A DNA stretch of 64,000 bases. It comes from a bacterium. Lineage in GTDB: Bacteria; Zhuqueibacterota; Zhuqueibacteria; Residuimicrobiales; Krinioviventaceae. The notes under the pieces were generated by a model. The model was not told the DNA's origin, ran no database searches, and worked only from the letters and a program-made list of their open reading frames with translations. Below are positions 9,051 through 18,505 of this stretch, piece after piece. Within the stretch, counting starts at the first letter, position 1; each line of letters starts with the position of its first letter. The position numbers and the translations under genes are program-made. The DNA is taken from the NCBI GenBank assembly GCA_963675755.2, contig CAXXMD010000002.1, positions 800,001 to 864,000 on the forward strand. Direction: 5' to 3'.

Positions 9051-10511
9051 TTATTCTTCAAATACCTGGGTTTTATATACCCAGAATTCTGCTCCATCTT
9101 TCCATGCATTTCGATCCAAGCCGGCTTTTCTGCAAAGACTTGACATTTCTTCATCAACAGTTTTCCAGCCAGCCTCAATAGGCACTTCGGGTAAATATGT
9201 TGCTCGTTTTCCATCCTTTATTAATATAATACCTTGTTTACCCATTTTAAATTCCGTGATTGAATTAATTTTATAGACATTACTCAAATAAACAGATATT
9301 TTGATGTGGATTTTATCAAATTCATCAGGCGTTAGCGGTGCAAACCGCGGATCTCCAAAGGCAGCAGATACAGCCATATGAGGTACAAGTTCATTCAAAG
9401 GACGATCTGATTCATGCTGCCCAATGCAGCCGCGTAACATTCCATCAATGGTTAATGTAACAAAAACACCACGCTTCTCTGTCATCTCATCAGTTTTGGG
9501 TTCAAAAGAAGTCAGTTTTCCCGTTCGCATATAACCCAAAATGCTCTCACGGGCTATTTTTAACAACTCTTTTTGGGTTTCCTGATTAATTGTATGGTAT
9601 TCGATTTTTCCCAAAGTGGATTTTGAAAAAACTATAGCACCATATCCTACAACATATCCTTCTTTAACTCCCATTACATCATTAGAATTGGTTCTAGCCT
9701 GCAAGGTTGCTTTATATTCTCCCATCTGCTGCAAAGCAACCTGCATGATAACTACGGGTGCACCTCCGCAGGCTTGAAATTTATCATTTAACAAACCTTC
9801 ACACAATCGTTTTGGCTTTAAATCCATAATCGCATCAAGTGTATTTTTGTCTGTTTTATTACATTCTTTATAAGATTGTCCATGATATAAATCTGTACTG
9901 GCAACGATTAACACATTTTTATTTTTAACAGTATTAAATATTGCATCCCCAATGGATTTGCATTGTTCCCAATTAAATCCACCTACCACAATGGGTACAA
10001 TAGGAGTTTTAGGAAAAAGTTTCTGAATAAAAGGTAATTGCACTTCTATTGCATGCTCTTCCCTGTGACCCAGGATAGAAAATTGAATGAACTCACTTTT
10101 TTCTACGATTTCATTGGCAACGGATTTGTCTATATTAACATTGCCTAATGGTGTTTCGTACATATCACCATTATATACAGTTGCTCCATAAAAGGGATCG
10201 CGATGACTGGGAGCCATTACGATTATAAAATCATAGGTGTTCCCTTTCAGGCACTTGTATGCCTGTGCAGCGGTTTGGGCAGAAAATCGATACCCTGCAT
10301 GTGGAACCATAATGGCATCAATTTCCCCATCCGGCTTTTGAGCAGGATCTCCCGATAACAATTCATCCAAAAATTCACTTAATTGTAATGGATCTTCAGG
10401 ATAAAAGCTACCGGCAACAGCAGATTTCCGTGTTATATCTGCAAATAAAAAATTTGAATAGAAAAAAAACAAGATTAGAATGAAAGAATAGACCTTTAGT
10501 AAGGTTTTCAT
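9051..10511 (-). CDS. amrB: AmmeMemoRadiSam protein B (Memo) fused to a C-terminal AMMECR1 domain, with a predicted Sec signal peptide
   Basis: Memo motifs RKSAVAGSFYP, VPHAGY, APSH, EEHAIEVQLPF, STDLYH, ACG. C-terminal GVFVTL...LRGCIG...DPRF...TYLPEV...CRKAGL. N-terminus MKTLLKVYSFILILFFFYSNFLFA. Confidence 0.9.
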   Translation of the reverse strand: MKTLLKVYSFILILFFFYSNFLFADITRKSAVAGSFYPEDPLQLSEFLDELLSGDPAQKPDGEIDAIMVPHAGYRFSAQTAAQAYKCLKGNTYDFIIVMAPSHRDPFYGATVYNGDMYETPLGNVNIDKSVANEIVEKSEFIQFSILGHREEHAIEVQLPFIQKLFPKTPIVPIVVGGFNWEQCKSIGDAIFNTVKNKNVLIVASTDLYHGQSYKECNKTDKNTLDAIMDLKPKRLCEGLLNDKFQACGGAPVVIMQVALQQMGEYKATLQARTNSNDVMGVKEGYVVGYGAIVFSKSTLGKIEYHTINQETQKELLKIARESILGYMRTGKLTSFEPKTDEMTEKRGVFVTLTIDGMLRGCIGQHESDRPLNELVPHMAVSAAFGDPRFAPLTPDEFDKIHIKISVYLSNVYKINSITEFKMGKQGIILIKDGKRATYLPEVPIEAGWKTVDEEMSSLCRKAGLDRNAWKDGAEFWVYKTQVFEE

Positions 10512-10575
10512 TTCAGACTCCCAACATATAACATATTATAATATATAGAATATAGGCGATATAGCAAGAAAATTA

Positions 10576-11709
10576 TTATTGCCAAACACCAGCAATAGCT
10601 TGCCCGCAATAAGCGCAATTACCATCATGCATATGATTTTCAGTAACTTTGAAGCCTTTACGTCCAATCAACAATTTTCCGCAATCCGGGCAATAGGTAT
10701 TTTCTCCTTTATCACCAGGTATATTTCCGGTATACACAAATTGTAAACCGCTATCAATACCAATCTGACGAGCGGTTTGTAAGGTTTTTATAGGTGTAGA
10801 TGGCACATTTTTCAAGCGGTATTGTGGATGAAATCTGGAAAAATGTACCGGTGTTTCGGGCCCCAATTCAGAGGCAATCCATTTACACATTTCCGATAAT
10901 TCGTTGGGATCATCATTTTGGCCGGGGATTACAAGATACACAATTTCGGTCCACATATTGTTGTGTTTGAGCAAAACCAACGTATCCAATACCGGACGGA
11001 GCTCTCCTGATACCAACTCTTTATAAAAACGTTCGGTAAATGCTTTTAAATCAATTTTGACCGCATCCAACACCTCAACAAGATCTCGCATTGGCTCTGG
11101 TTTGATATAACCATTAGAGATCATAACACTTTTAATCCCCTTTTCACGCCCCTTAACGGCCGAATCGTACATATATTCTGTAAAGATAACCGGCTCCGTA
11201 TATGTATATGCAATAGATTTACATTGGTAAACATCTGCCAGGTCAGCAACTTTTGTCGGGGACATATCATAATTTCGAATTTGTTCAGGACGAGATTGAG
11301 ATATTTCCCAGTTTTGGCAGAATTTGCAAAACACATTACAACCTGCGGTTGCAATTGAAAATGCCAATGTGCCAGGCAAAAAATGAGACAAGGGCTTTTT
11401 CTCGATAGGATCAACATTAGCTGAACAAGGTTTACCATAGACCAGGGTATAATATGTTCCATTTTGGTTTTCACGAACACCACAATACCCTCTCTCCAAA
11501 TCATCAATTACACATTCACGGGGACACAATTGGCATTGTATTTTACGGTTATCCAGTTTTTTATAATATCTTGCTTCAACAAGCTTAAAGTCTTGCTTCA
11601 AGCTAGCACCATAACCATTTACAGACAAGTTTAAAGCAGTTGAGCATACCCCAAAAGCACAAGCCGAGCAAGTTGTTTTAAGATAATCTCGTCTTGATAT
11701 TTTTTTCAT
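10576..11709 (-). CDS. amrS: AmmeMemoRadiSam system radical SAM enzyme with a twin-arginine signal
   Basis: CQLCPREC...GYCGVR, DPIEKKPLSHF, radical SAM motif GCNVFCKFCQNWEISQ, AYTYTEP, C-terminal CPDCG/CAYCG. N-terminus MKKISRRDYLK. Confidence 0.92.
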   Translation of the reverse strand: MKKISRRDYLKTTCSACAFGVCSTALNLSVNGYGASLKQDFKLVEARYYKKLDNRKIQCQLCPRECVIDDLERGYCGVRENQNGTYYTLVYGKPCSANVDPIEKKPLSHFLPGTLAFSIATAGCNVFCKFCQNWEISQSRPEQIRNYDMSPTKVADLADVYQCKSIAYTYTEPVIFTEYMYDSAVKGREKGIKSVMISNGYIKPEPMRDLVEVLDAVKIDLKAFTERFYKELVSGELRPVLDTLVLLKHNNMWTEIVYLVIPGQNDDPNELSEMCKWIASELGPETPVHFSRFHPQYRLKNVPSTPIKTLQTARQIGIDSGLQFVYTGNIPGDKGENTYCPDCGKLLIGRKGFKVTENHMHDGNCAYCGQAIAGVWQ

Positions 11710-12704
11710 AATTGAATCAGCTCAATATTGTTCATGTTATTTGTGCCCAATTTGTGATTTTCGTCAGCAGCAGTTTGAATATAGATCGGCTCACGACCAA
11801 CCTCTTTTAAAGTTGGGAAACCTTTTTCTCGTCGTTTTTGCTCAATAACATCCCAGGCAAATGTATCCATAGCAACAGGATCCGTACCCAATACAAGACT
11901 GTTCATATTCCATGTCCATTGAGGCATATATGGAGGACCACCCTCATATTGTGGGGTAATTGCATCACAAATAATGAGCCGGGTTTTATTACGAATAATG
12001 GGTAACATATTCACATCCGCAACATATGGATCACCTACATTATCATGATATTTATTGGGATTATTGATGACACCAAAATTATTTTTCATTGCTGCACTGA
12101 CACCTACAATACCATGATCCTTAAGTATAGGTATATTGATTATTGCAGTGCATTGTTGTTCAAGAATCAGGGAAATCAAACTTGCTACGGATCCATATTC
12201 ATACAATTCACGAGAAAATCCCGTTTTATTTGATCCATAACACTGAACTTTGCGCCTTCCCTGGTATAATTTGTAACCTGCTCGCTCCAAGTCACGATCA
12301 TGTCGGTCCCATACAATAATATGATTTGCTGGAATACCAATTTTTTGCAATTTCAATGAAATAGCTTCAACCAATTCTATATTTGTGGAAAGACCGCGCC
12401 CTGCAAGACAATTAACTTTTAATCCAACGATGTCATCTTTTGCGAAAAGCTGGTTCCATACATCATCAGCAGGTAAATCATAAAGTTTGCTTATACCTGA
12501 ATCCAATAATTGAACAAGATTTTGAACAGAAATCCCCTGTTTTGACAATAATTCATTTTGATTTGCACAAACAATACGTGATTTCATGGAACCATTTGCA
12601 ACACTAGGATTTGCTATTGTATTTGCAAAAAGTCCAGTACTATGTAATGCGCCTGCCGCCCCGGCAGTGAGTGTTGTGTTGAGAAATTCTCTACGATCGA
12701 GCAT
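11706..12704 (-). CDS. DUF362 domain protein with a twin-arginine signal
   Basis: VGLKVNCL, INIPILKDHGIVGVSAAMKNNFG, GTDPVAMD are DUF362-type motifs. N-terminus MLDRREFL. Stop overlaps the amrS start (ATGA). Confidence 0.8.
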   Translation of the reverse strand: MLDRREFLNTTLTAGAAGALHSTGLFANTIANPSVANGSMKSRIVCANQNELLSKQGISVQNLVQLLDSGISKLYDLPADDVWNQLFAKDDIVGLKVNCLAGRGLSTNIELVEAISLKLQKIGIPANHIIVWDRHDRDLERAGYKLYQGRRKVQCYGSNKTGFSRELYEYGSVASLISLILEQQCTAIINIPILKDHGIVGVSAAMKNNFGVINNPNKYHDNVGDPYVADVNMLPIIRNKTRLIICDAITPQYEGGPPYMPQWTWNMNSLVLGTDPVAMDTFAWDVIEQKRREKGFPTLKEVGREPIYIQTAADENHKLGTNNMNNIELIQL

Positions 12705-12723
12705 ATTTTAATATCTCCAAACA

Positions 12724-12755
12724 AAAAAACCGTGATCGATTTGAACACGGTTTTT
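12724..12755 (-). terminator. Intrinsic terminator downstream of the REC-PAS-GAF gene
   Basis: aaaaaaccgtg-atcgatttgaa-cacggttttt inverted repeat flanked by A/T tracts. Confidence 0.65.
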
Positions 12756-12779
12756 ATTTTAGATATTTATAATTTACAA

Positions 12780-15146
12780 TTATCTCAGAAAACGTTCAAC
12801 CAATTTTTTAAATCCGGTTTTGGTAAAATCCGCATCGGCAAAATAATCTGAAGCAAGCTGACTGTTATCCTGAGATGGATTTGCTTGTGGTTCAGGCTCA
12901 ATTTCAGGCGGTTCCGGAGGTTCTGGAATACTAGTGTCAAAAGCTGTTGTATTTTCAGGTGTAGTATTGTATTCAACATTAGCAAGATCATTAAATGTTG
13001 AACCATTTCCGCCTTCGTCTTCTATTTCTTCCTGATTATAATCCTGAATATTGTCATTAACTTCTGTTGGATCATTAAACACAGATTGTTGAACTGTCTG
13101 CACAACAGGTTGGTGTACTACAGGCTCAGTATTGTATGAATGTGAAGAACTGGATAATTTCTGAGGTTCTGCTTTTTGTACCAGTTGAGGAGCCTGAATC
13201 TGCTCTTTAGCTTGAACATACATGACACGGTTATCAATAGCTATTGCAATTTGATTTGCAAGTATTTCCAGGGTATGCAGGGTATCTTTATTTGGCATTC
13301 TGCAATCATTCGGATCATCAGCCATTAAAAATCCAATGATTTTCTCTTCTTTGGACTTTATGGGTACAATGACTACAGCCCAGTTTGGCCAGCCACCTTC
13401 ATAATACTCACCTTCTTCTGAACCATAATAAATGCGTTTTAAATGATCAAATACCGGTTCCTGATTCTGAACCAGATATGATTTGCCTTGTAGATAATCT
13501 TTGCGTAATAATTGACTGTATTCTTTGAGATTATAATTTAATTCCTTGATCTGAGCCAGTTTTATCTTGTCATCACATGCTACGGCTTTGGTTTCAAGCA
13601 TACCACTCTTTTTACTGATCAAGACAAGAGAAACAAGGTTGAAATCCAATGAAAATTTGACTGACCAGACAACTTCTTTGAGTAATTCACTCAAACTGTA
13701 ATACAATTTAAATACATTACTGTTAACCAGAATCTGTTTCATGCGACGGTTGCGACGTTCAAGTGTAGAAATACGATAGTAATTTTCAACCGTAACGGAA
13801 ACCAGCCTGCTGAATAATTCCAGATTGTAAAAAGTGGATTTTGTAGGTGTATTACCTTCACCCGGCTCGTCCAAAGATATATAACCAAAGGTATTGTTGT
13901 TTTTATCAGCAAGATTCAGGATAATCAGGTCACGTTTATGCCATTGTGCAATGGGCGATGTTTCCTGAGAATCATTTTTAACCAGTTCATTATTCAAGTG
14001 ACTTGCTAACTGGCGACGTTCTTTGTTGTGATAAATCACCTTAATGCGAGATTTATCTGCAAATACTTTATCAATAACACGCTGGGGAACTTCAATATTG
14101 TCTTTTGAGGAATTTTCTCGCGCAGAATAACCTACCATTGCCTGTTTTACATATGCATGCTTGCGCGGATCCAAAAGCGCAACGGTTGATCGTTTAAATC
14201 CAAAAACCTGGCATACCAATTCCGAAAGATTTTTTAACAAGACTTCAATAGATTCAGAATAACTACGATGAATGATATCAATTACTTCTGATATCATTTG
14301 TTTTTGATCAACAGTTTTTTGTACTACAAAGGTACCGGAAGATTTTACATGGACTTTGACAAGGTTTCCACGAAATCCAATGACATGATTTTTATCATTA
14401 TCGTCATAAATGAGAGAAATTTGTAATTTTGCAGGTATCTTTTCACCGGTTTTTGCAATAACATACACTTCAAATGACATTGCCGGTTTTTTAATTGCAA
14501 CATTGAGGATCTTGTTGAAAAAATCAGTATCATCAACAGATGCAAGTACATCATCGATAGTTAATTCCAGTAATTCAGCATTAGTATATCCTGCTACATC
14601 TTCAATATATTCATTAGCGGAAAGAAAACGGCGCTTACGGTCACAAACAAAATAACCAATTTCACCACTTTGTACATGCGGGATATCTGTTTCAAGTAAA
14701 TTTTTGGGTTCTTCAACTTCTATAATAGGCAGTTCATCATGAACCGGCATGGGTTCTGGCAAGGGTTCATCGGGATGGACTTTGAACTCGGCTGCTCGTT
14801 TGAGGCTTTCTGATAATGCAGAAAGATAGCCTTTCTTTTTGACAACAAATTCAAAAACACCCAAATTTTGCACATCCTGAAAAATCTGTTCATCATCTTC
14901 ATTTACAGTCAAGATGGTTGGATGAATACGACTGATCTTTTTAAGCGTTTCCGTAAAAGAATCATGATGTCCATTAGCCAGTTCACTGTCAATTAACAAA
15001 ATATCAAATTCTACATTCGTAAACTGTTCCTGCACTTCCTTTAAAGAAGTTGCTCCAATTGGATTATATTCATCATTTTGTACGCTTATGACCTGTCGGG
15101 TTGCTTCTACATATGAGGCATTCGGATGCGCTATTGATATTTTCAT
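12780..15146 (-). CDS. Atypical REC-PAS-GAF-GAF sensory protein with an acidic low-complexity tail and no recognisable output domain
   Basis: REC-like FDILLIDSEL...FEFVVKK; PAS GYFVCDRKRRFLSANEYIEDVAGYTNAELL; two GAFs (..TFGYISLDEP.., ..IIGFLMADDP..LEILANQIAIAIDN). Likely start is ATG 15146 (track start 15200). Confidence 0.75.
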   Translation of the reverse strand: MKISIAHPNASYVEATRQVISVQNDEYNPIGATSLKEVQEQFTNVEFDILLIDSELANGHHDSFTETLKKISRIHPTILTVNEDDEQIFQDVQNLGVFEFVVKKKGYLSALSESLKRAAEFKVHPDEPLPEPMPVHDELPIIEVEEPKNLLETDIPHVQSGEIGYFVCDRKRRFLSANEYIEDVAGYTNAELLELTIDDVLASVDDTDFFNKILNVAIKKPAMSFEVYVIAKTGEKIPAKLQISLIYDDNDKNHVIGFRGNLVKVHVKSSGTFVVQKTVDQKQMISEVIDIIHRSYSESIEVLLKNLSELVCQVFGFKRSTVALLDPRKHAYVKQAMVGYSARENSSKDNIEVPQRVIDKVFADKSRIKVIYHNKERRQLASHLNNELVKNDSQETSPIAQWHKRDLIILNLADKNNNTFGYISLDEPGEGNTPTKSTFYNLELFSRLVSVTVENYYRISTLERRNRRMKQILVNSNVFKLYYSLSELLKEVVWSVKFSLDFNLVSLVLISKKSGMLETKAVACDDKIKLAQIKELNYNLKEYSQLLRKDYLQGKSYLVQNQEPVFDHLKRIYYGSEEGEYYEGGWPNWAVVIVPIKSKEEKIIGFLMADDPNDCRMPNKDTLHTLEILANQIAIAIDNRVMYVQAKEQIQAPQLVQKAEPQKLSSSSHSYNTEPVVHQPVVQTVQQSVFNDPTEVNDNIQDYNQEEIEDEGGNGSTFNDLANVEYNTTPENTTAFDTSIPEPPEPPEIEPEPQANPSQDNSQLASDYFADADFTKTGFKKLVERFLR

Positions 15147-15466
15147 ATTACCTGCTACTCCAATATAATTCAGCAAAAAGCTCTGAAATTCACGAAACAA
15201 TTAACAAAAATTTGTACACATAATCAAGAAAATAGATAATAAATACTGTCGAAAAATGATGTGATTACTTTTTGCCACATTTAAAAGAAAAAATATACAA
15301 TTTTGGGTAATCGCAAATTACATTTTTGAAAAGCATTATTATCATCCATTTACTCATGTTGATTTTTATATACTTAGACATACAATTGTCTGGTTATATT
15401 TAAAACAAAATTAAATCCAACAAACATCCAATTTAAAGCAAAATCCAAGCCAAAAAGAGTATTGAC

Positions 15467-15501
15467 AAAAAAAAAGCCAGAGATTTTATAAACTCTGGCT
15501 T
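15467..15501 (-). terminator. Intrinsic terminator of the TrmB-led operon
   Basis: aagccagag-attttataaa-ctctggctt stem; the A9 run gives a U-tract on the minus strand; 15 bp past the last stop codon. Confidence 0.75.
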
Positions 15502-15515
15502 GTAATTTTCATTCA

Positions 15516-16001
15516 TTACTTTCGTAACCGGGATCGTGTATATTCAATTAATCCCCCTGCATCCATTACCATCTGACGTGTGCCGGACAGAGGCTGTATA
15601 TTAAATTCTTTACCAGTAGTCATGTTTAATACTTTATCACCAGAAATATCAAGTTCATGTCCATTTTCAGCATCAATATCTGGTACGGTTATGGTTTGTA
15701 ATCCTAAATTTACTGCATTTTGCAGAAAAATTCTGGCATAGCTTTTGGCAATTACAATCAAATCATGGCCTTTTAAACAGGATGCTGCCTGTTCTCGTGA
15801 TGAACCGCAACCAAAATTTTCTCCACCAACAATAATACTTTTAGCAGTTAACGTTCCACTGTTTAATAAAGTATTAAACGTTTTATCATCTGCAAAGGCA
15901 TATTCAGGAGTCTCTGTAGGTAATACTGTGGCCATAAATCTTCCGGGATATATAGTATCTGTTGATATATCATTGCCAAGTTTATAAACAACTTTGGACA
16001 T
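15516..16001 (-). CDS. Homoaconitase/3-isopropylmalate dehydratase small subunit (LeuD/HacB type)
   Basis: DISTDTIYPGR, GENFGCGSSREQA, AKSYARIFLQNAVNLGL, AGGLIEY. Confidence 0.9.
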   Translation of the reverse strand: MSKVVYKLGNDISTDTIYPGRFMATVLPTETPEYAFADDKTFNTLLNSGTLTAKSIIVGGENFGCGSSREQAASCLKGHDLIVIAKSYARIFLQNAVNLGLQTITVPDIDAENGHELDISGDKVLNMTTGKEFNIQPLSGTRQMVMDAGGLIEYTRSRLRK

Positions 16002-16002
16002 A

Positions 16003-17295
16003 TTAACTCCTTTCCTGACGTGGATCAGTTATTTTACCGGTTATTGCTGATGCGGCAGCCGTTGCAGGTGAACACAAGTACACTTCTGCATTGGGATTTC
16101 CCATTCTGCCTTTAAAGTTGCGATTTGTAGTTGCTAGAGCTACCTCTCCATCAGCAAGTGCTCCCTGATGCACTCCCAGGCAGCATCCACATCCCGGATT
16201 CATGATTACAGCGCCACTTTGTGCAAGCATTTCAAGATAACCTTCCTCCAATGCTTTTCGATATATCTTGCTGGATGCTGGAAAAACCAGCATTCTAACA
16301 TCATTGGCTACTTTTTTGCCCTTTAATATCTTTGCTGCTATTTCTAAATCCTCTAATCTGCCATTTGTACAAGAACCGATTACAATCTGGTCCAGCTTCA
16401 CATTATTAACATTACTAATAGGTTCAACATTATCAACAGTATGGGGACAGGCAATCTGAGGCTCAAGATTGGTTACATCTATATCCACAATCTGCTCGTA
16501 AACAGCATCCTGGTCCGGTGTAACAAAATTCAACTCCCCGGTCACACCCGCTTCCTCACGTAGATACCGTTCTGTTTCCTGATCGGCAGGTACAATACCT
16601 GCGCTGGCACCGGCTTCGACTGACATGTTTGAAATTGTTAATCTGCCTGATACATTCATATTTGAAATAACACTACCATGGTATTCTAAAACTTTGAATG
16701 TTGCACCTTTGGCAGTAATCTTGCCAATTAGATATAATATAATATCTTTGGCAGCTAATGTTTCAGGCATAACCCCATTAATATTGACTTTAATAGTGCC
16801 CGGGACTTCAAGATTCAATAATGTACCCAAACACCACACACTTGCCATTTCCGTTGCTCCAATTCCCATTGAAAAAGCACCTAATGCACCATGGCTGGTC
16901 GTATGCGAATCTGTACCCAAAACTACGTAACCGGGACGAACATAGCCATATTCGGGTAATATTTGATGGCAAATGCCACCTACATCACCCCGGATTTCAT
17001 GAAATTTAGAAACTCCCTGTTCTTTAAGAAAATTTCTAATTTTCTTTTGGTTATTTGCAGTCTTGGAACTTTCTGCGGGCACACGGTGGTCAAATATAAT
17101 TGCAATTTTATCAGGGTCCCAAACTTTTGGAGACAAATCTGTTCCTTTATAAACTTCAAAGAATTGGTTAATAACCAAAGCAGCATTTTCATGAGACATG
17201 GCAAGATCAACAGAAGGCTCAATGATATCACCGGGTTTTACACTTGAAACATTTGCTGCTCTGGCAAGTATTTTTTCTGCAACAGTCATTGCCAT
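16003..17295 (-). CDS. Homoaconitase/3-isopropylmalate dehydratase large subunit (LeuC/HacA type, [4Fe-4S])
   Basis: MTVAEKILARA, FDHRVP, GICHQ, GTDSHT, IGSCTNGR, PGCGCCLG, TNRNFKGRMG. Confidence 0.92.
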   Translation of the reverse strand: MAMTVAEKILARAANVSSVKPGDIIEPSVDLAMSHENAALVINQFFEVYKGTDLSPKVWDPDKIAIIFDHRVPAESSKTANNQKKIRNFLKEQGVSKFHEIRGDVGGICHQILPEYGYVRPGYVVLGTDSHTTSHGALGAFSMGIGATEMASVWCLGTLLNLEVPGTIKVNINGVMPETLAAKDIILYLIGKITAKGATFKVLEYHGSVISNMNVSGRLTISNMSVEAGASAGIVPADQETERYLREEAGVTGELNFVTPDQDAVYEQIVDIDVTNLEPQIACPHTVDNVEPISNVNNVKLDQIVIGSCTNGRLEDLEIAAKILKGKKVANDVRMLVFPASSKIYRKALEEGYLEMLAQSGAVIMNPGCGCCLGVHQGALADGEVALATTNRNFKGRMGNPNAEVYLCSPATAAASAITGKITDPRQERS

Positions 17296-17308
17296 TGTTT
17301 TTCTCCAA

Positions 17309-18502
17309 TTAAATTATACCTTCTTTATGGAAATTATCAATTTCCTCTCTTGAATACCCCACTTGGCTGAGAAGTTCATGAGTATGTTGGGATAATCTTG
17401 GAGGCGGATTGTCGATATTTGCCGGCGTTTTACTAAATTTAGCTGTGAGATTGAACAGCTTTAACTCACCCAATTCATCATCTGGTACTGATGCTAATGT
17501 TTGACGATGCTGGACTTGATCTGCTGACAATGCATCTTTCAAGGCTAATATATCCCCCGATGGTACTCCTTGAGCATTTAAAAGATCAACCCATTCAACA
17601 GTATCTTTATCAATCAATTTAGCTTCAAGCAATGGAGTAAGAATTCTTCGATTCTTTTTTCTTGTATCTCGCTCCTTAAATCGTGGATCCTCCTGTAATT
17701 CGGGGATTCCCAGAACCTCTGTTACACTGCACCATTGTTCCTGTTTATTTGCGGCAATATTAATATATCCGTCTCTGGTTTTAAATGTTCCTGAAGGTGC
17801 AGCTGTAAAATTATCATTCCCCAACAAGGTAGGAGCTTGACCTCCAATCAACAGATTTGCCGCAACCCATCCCATTAATGGCATTATTGAATCCAGCAAA
17901 GCAATGTCAATAAATTGTCCTTCGCCTGTTCTTTCCCGGTAATACAGGGCAGCCATAATAGCAAAAGCAGCATTCAAACCACCAACGGTATCACATACCG
18001 GGAAACCACATCGCAAAGGATTCAGAGTTTCATCACCATTTACAGACATAACTCCGCTTAGACCCTGAATGATTTGGTCATATGCCGGTTTTAATGCATC
18101 AGGACCGGTTTGTCCGAAACCTGAAATAGCGCAATACACAATTTTAGGATTAATAGATTGAAGTGTATCATAATCAAGACCCAACCGCTTCATAACACCG
18201 GGTCTGAAATTTTCAACAACAACATCTGCTGTTTTTACGAGTTTTTTGAATATCTGTTTGGCATTATCATCCTTAAGATTCAGCGTTAAAGATTTTTTAT
18301 TAGCATTTTGAGCCAAAAAACTGGTGCCCATAAGCTTCTTGTTCAATTCAGGCATACATCCCAATTTCCTGGCCAAATCACCATCTTGAGGGTTTTCAAT
18401 CTTGATAACTTCTGCTCCCAATAATGCCAGGTGTAATGTACCAAACGGGCCAGACAAAACGTTTGTCAAGTCCAATACCCTTGTACCTTTTAATAGACTC
18501 AT
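17309..18502 (-). CDS. Class III (CaiB/BaiF) CoA-transferase
   Basis: RVLDLTNVLSGPF, LGAEVIKIE, NANKKSLTLNLK, DVVVENFRPGVM, ISGFGQTGP, catalytic Asp in PVCDTVGG. Confidence 0.92.
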   Translation of the reverse strand: MSLLKGTRVLDLTNVLSGPFGTLHLALLGAEVIKIENPQDGDLARKLGCMPELNKKLMGTSFLAQNANKKSLTLNLKDDNAKQIFKKLVKTADVVVENFRPGVMKRLGLDYDTLQSINPKIVYCAISGFGQTGPDALKPAYDQIIQGLSGVMSVNGDETLNPLRCGFPVCDTVGGLNAAFAIMAALYYRERTGEGQFIDIALLDSIMPLMGWVAANLLIGGQAPTLLGNDNFTAAPSGTFKTRDGYINIAANKQEQWCSVTEVLGIPELQEDPRFKERDTRKKNRRILTPLLEAKLIDKDTVEWVDLLNAQGVPSGDILALKDALSADQVQHRQTLASVPDDELGELKLFNLTAKFSKTPANIDNPPPRLSQHTHELLSQVGYSREEIDNFHKEGII

Positions 18503-18505
18503 GCT

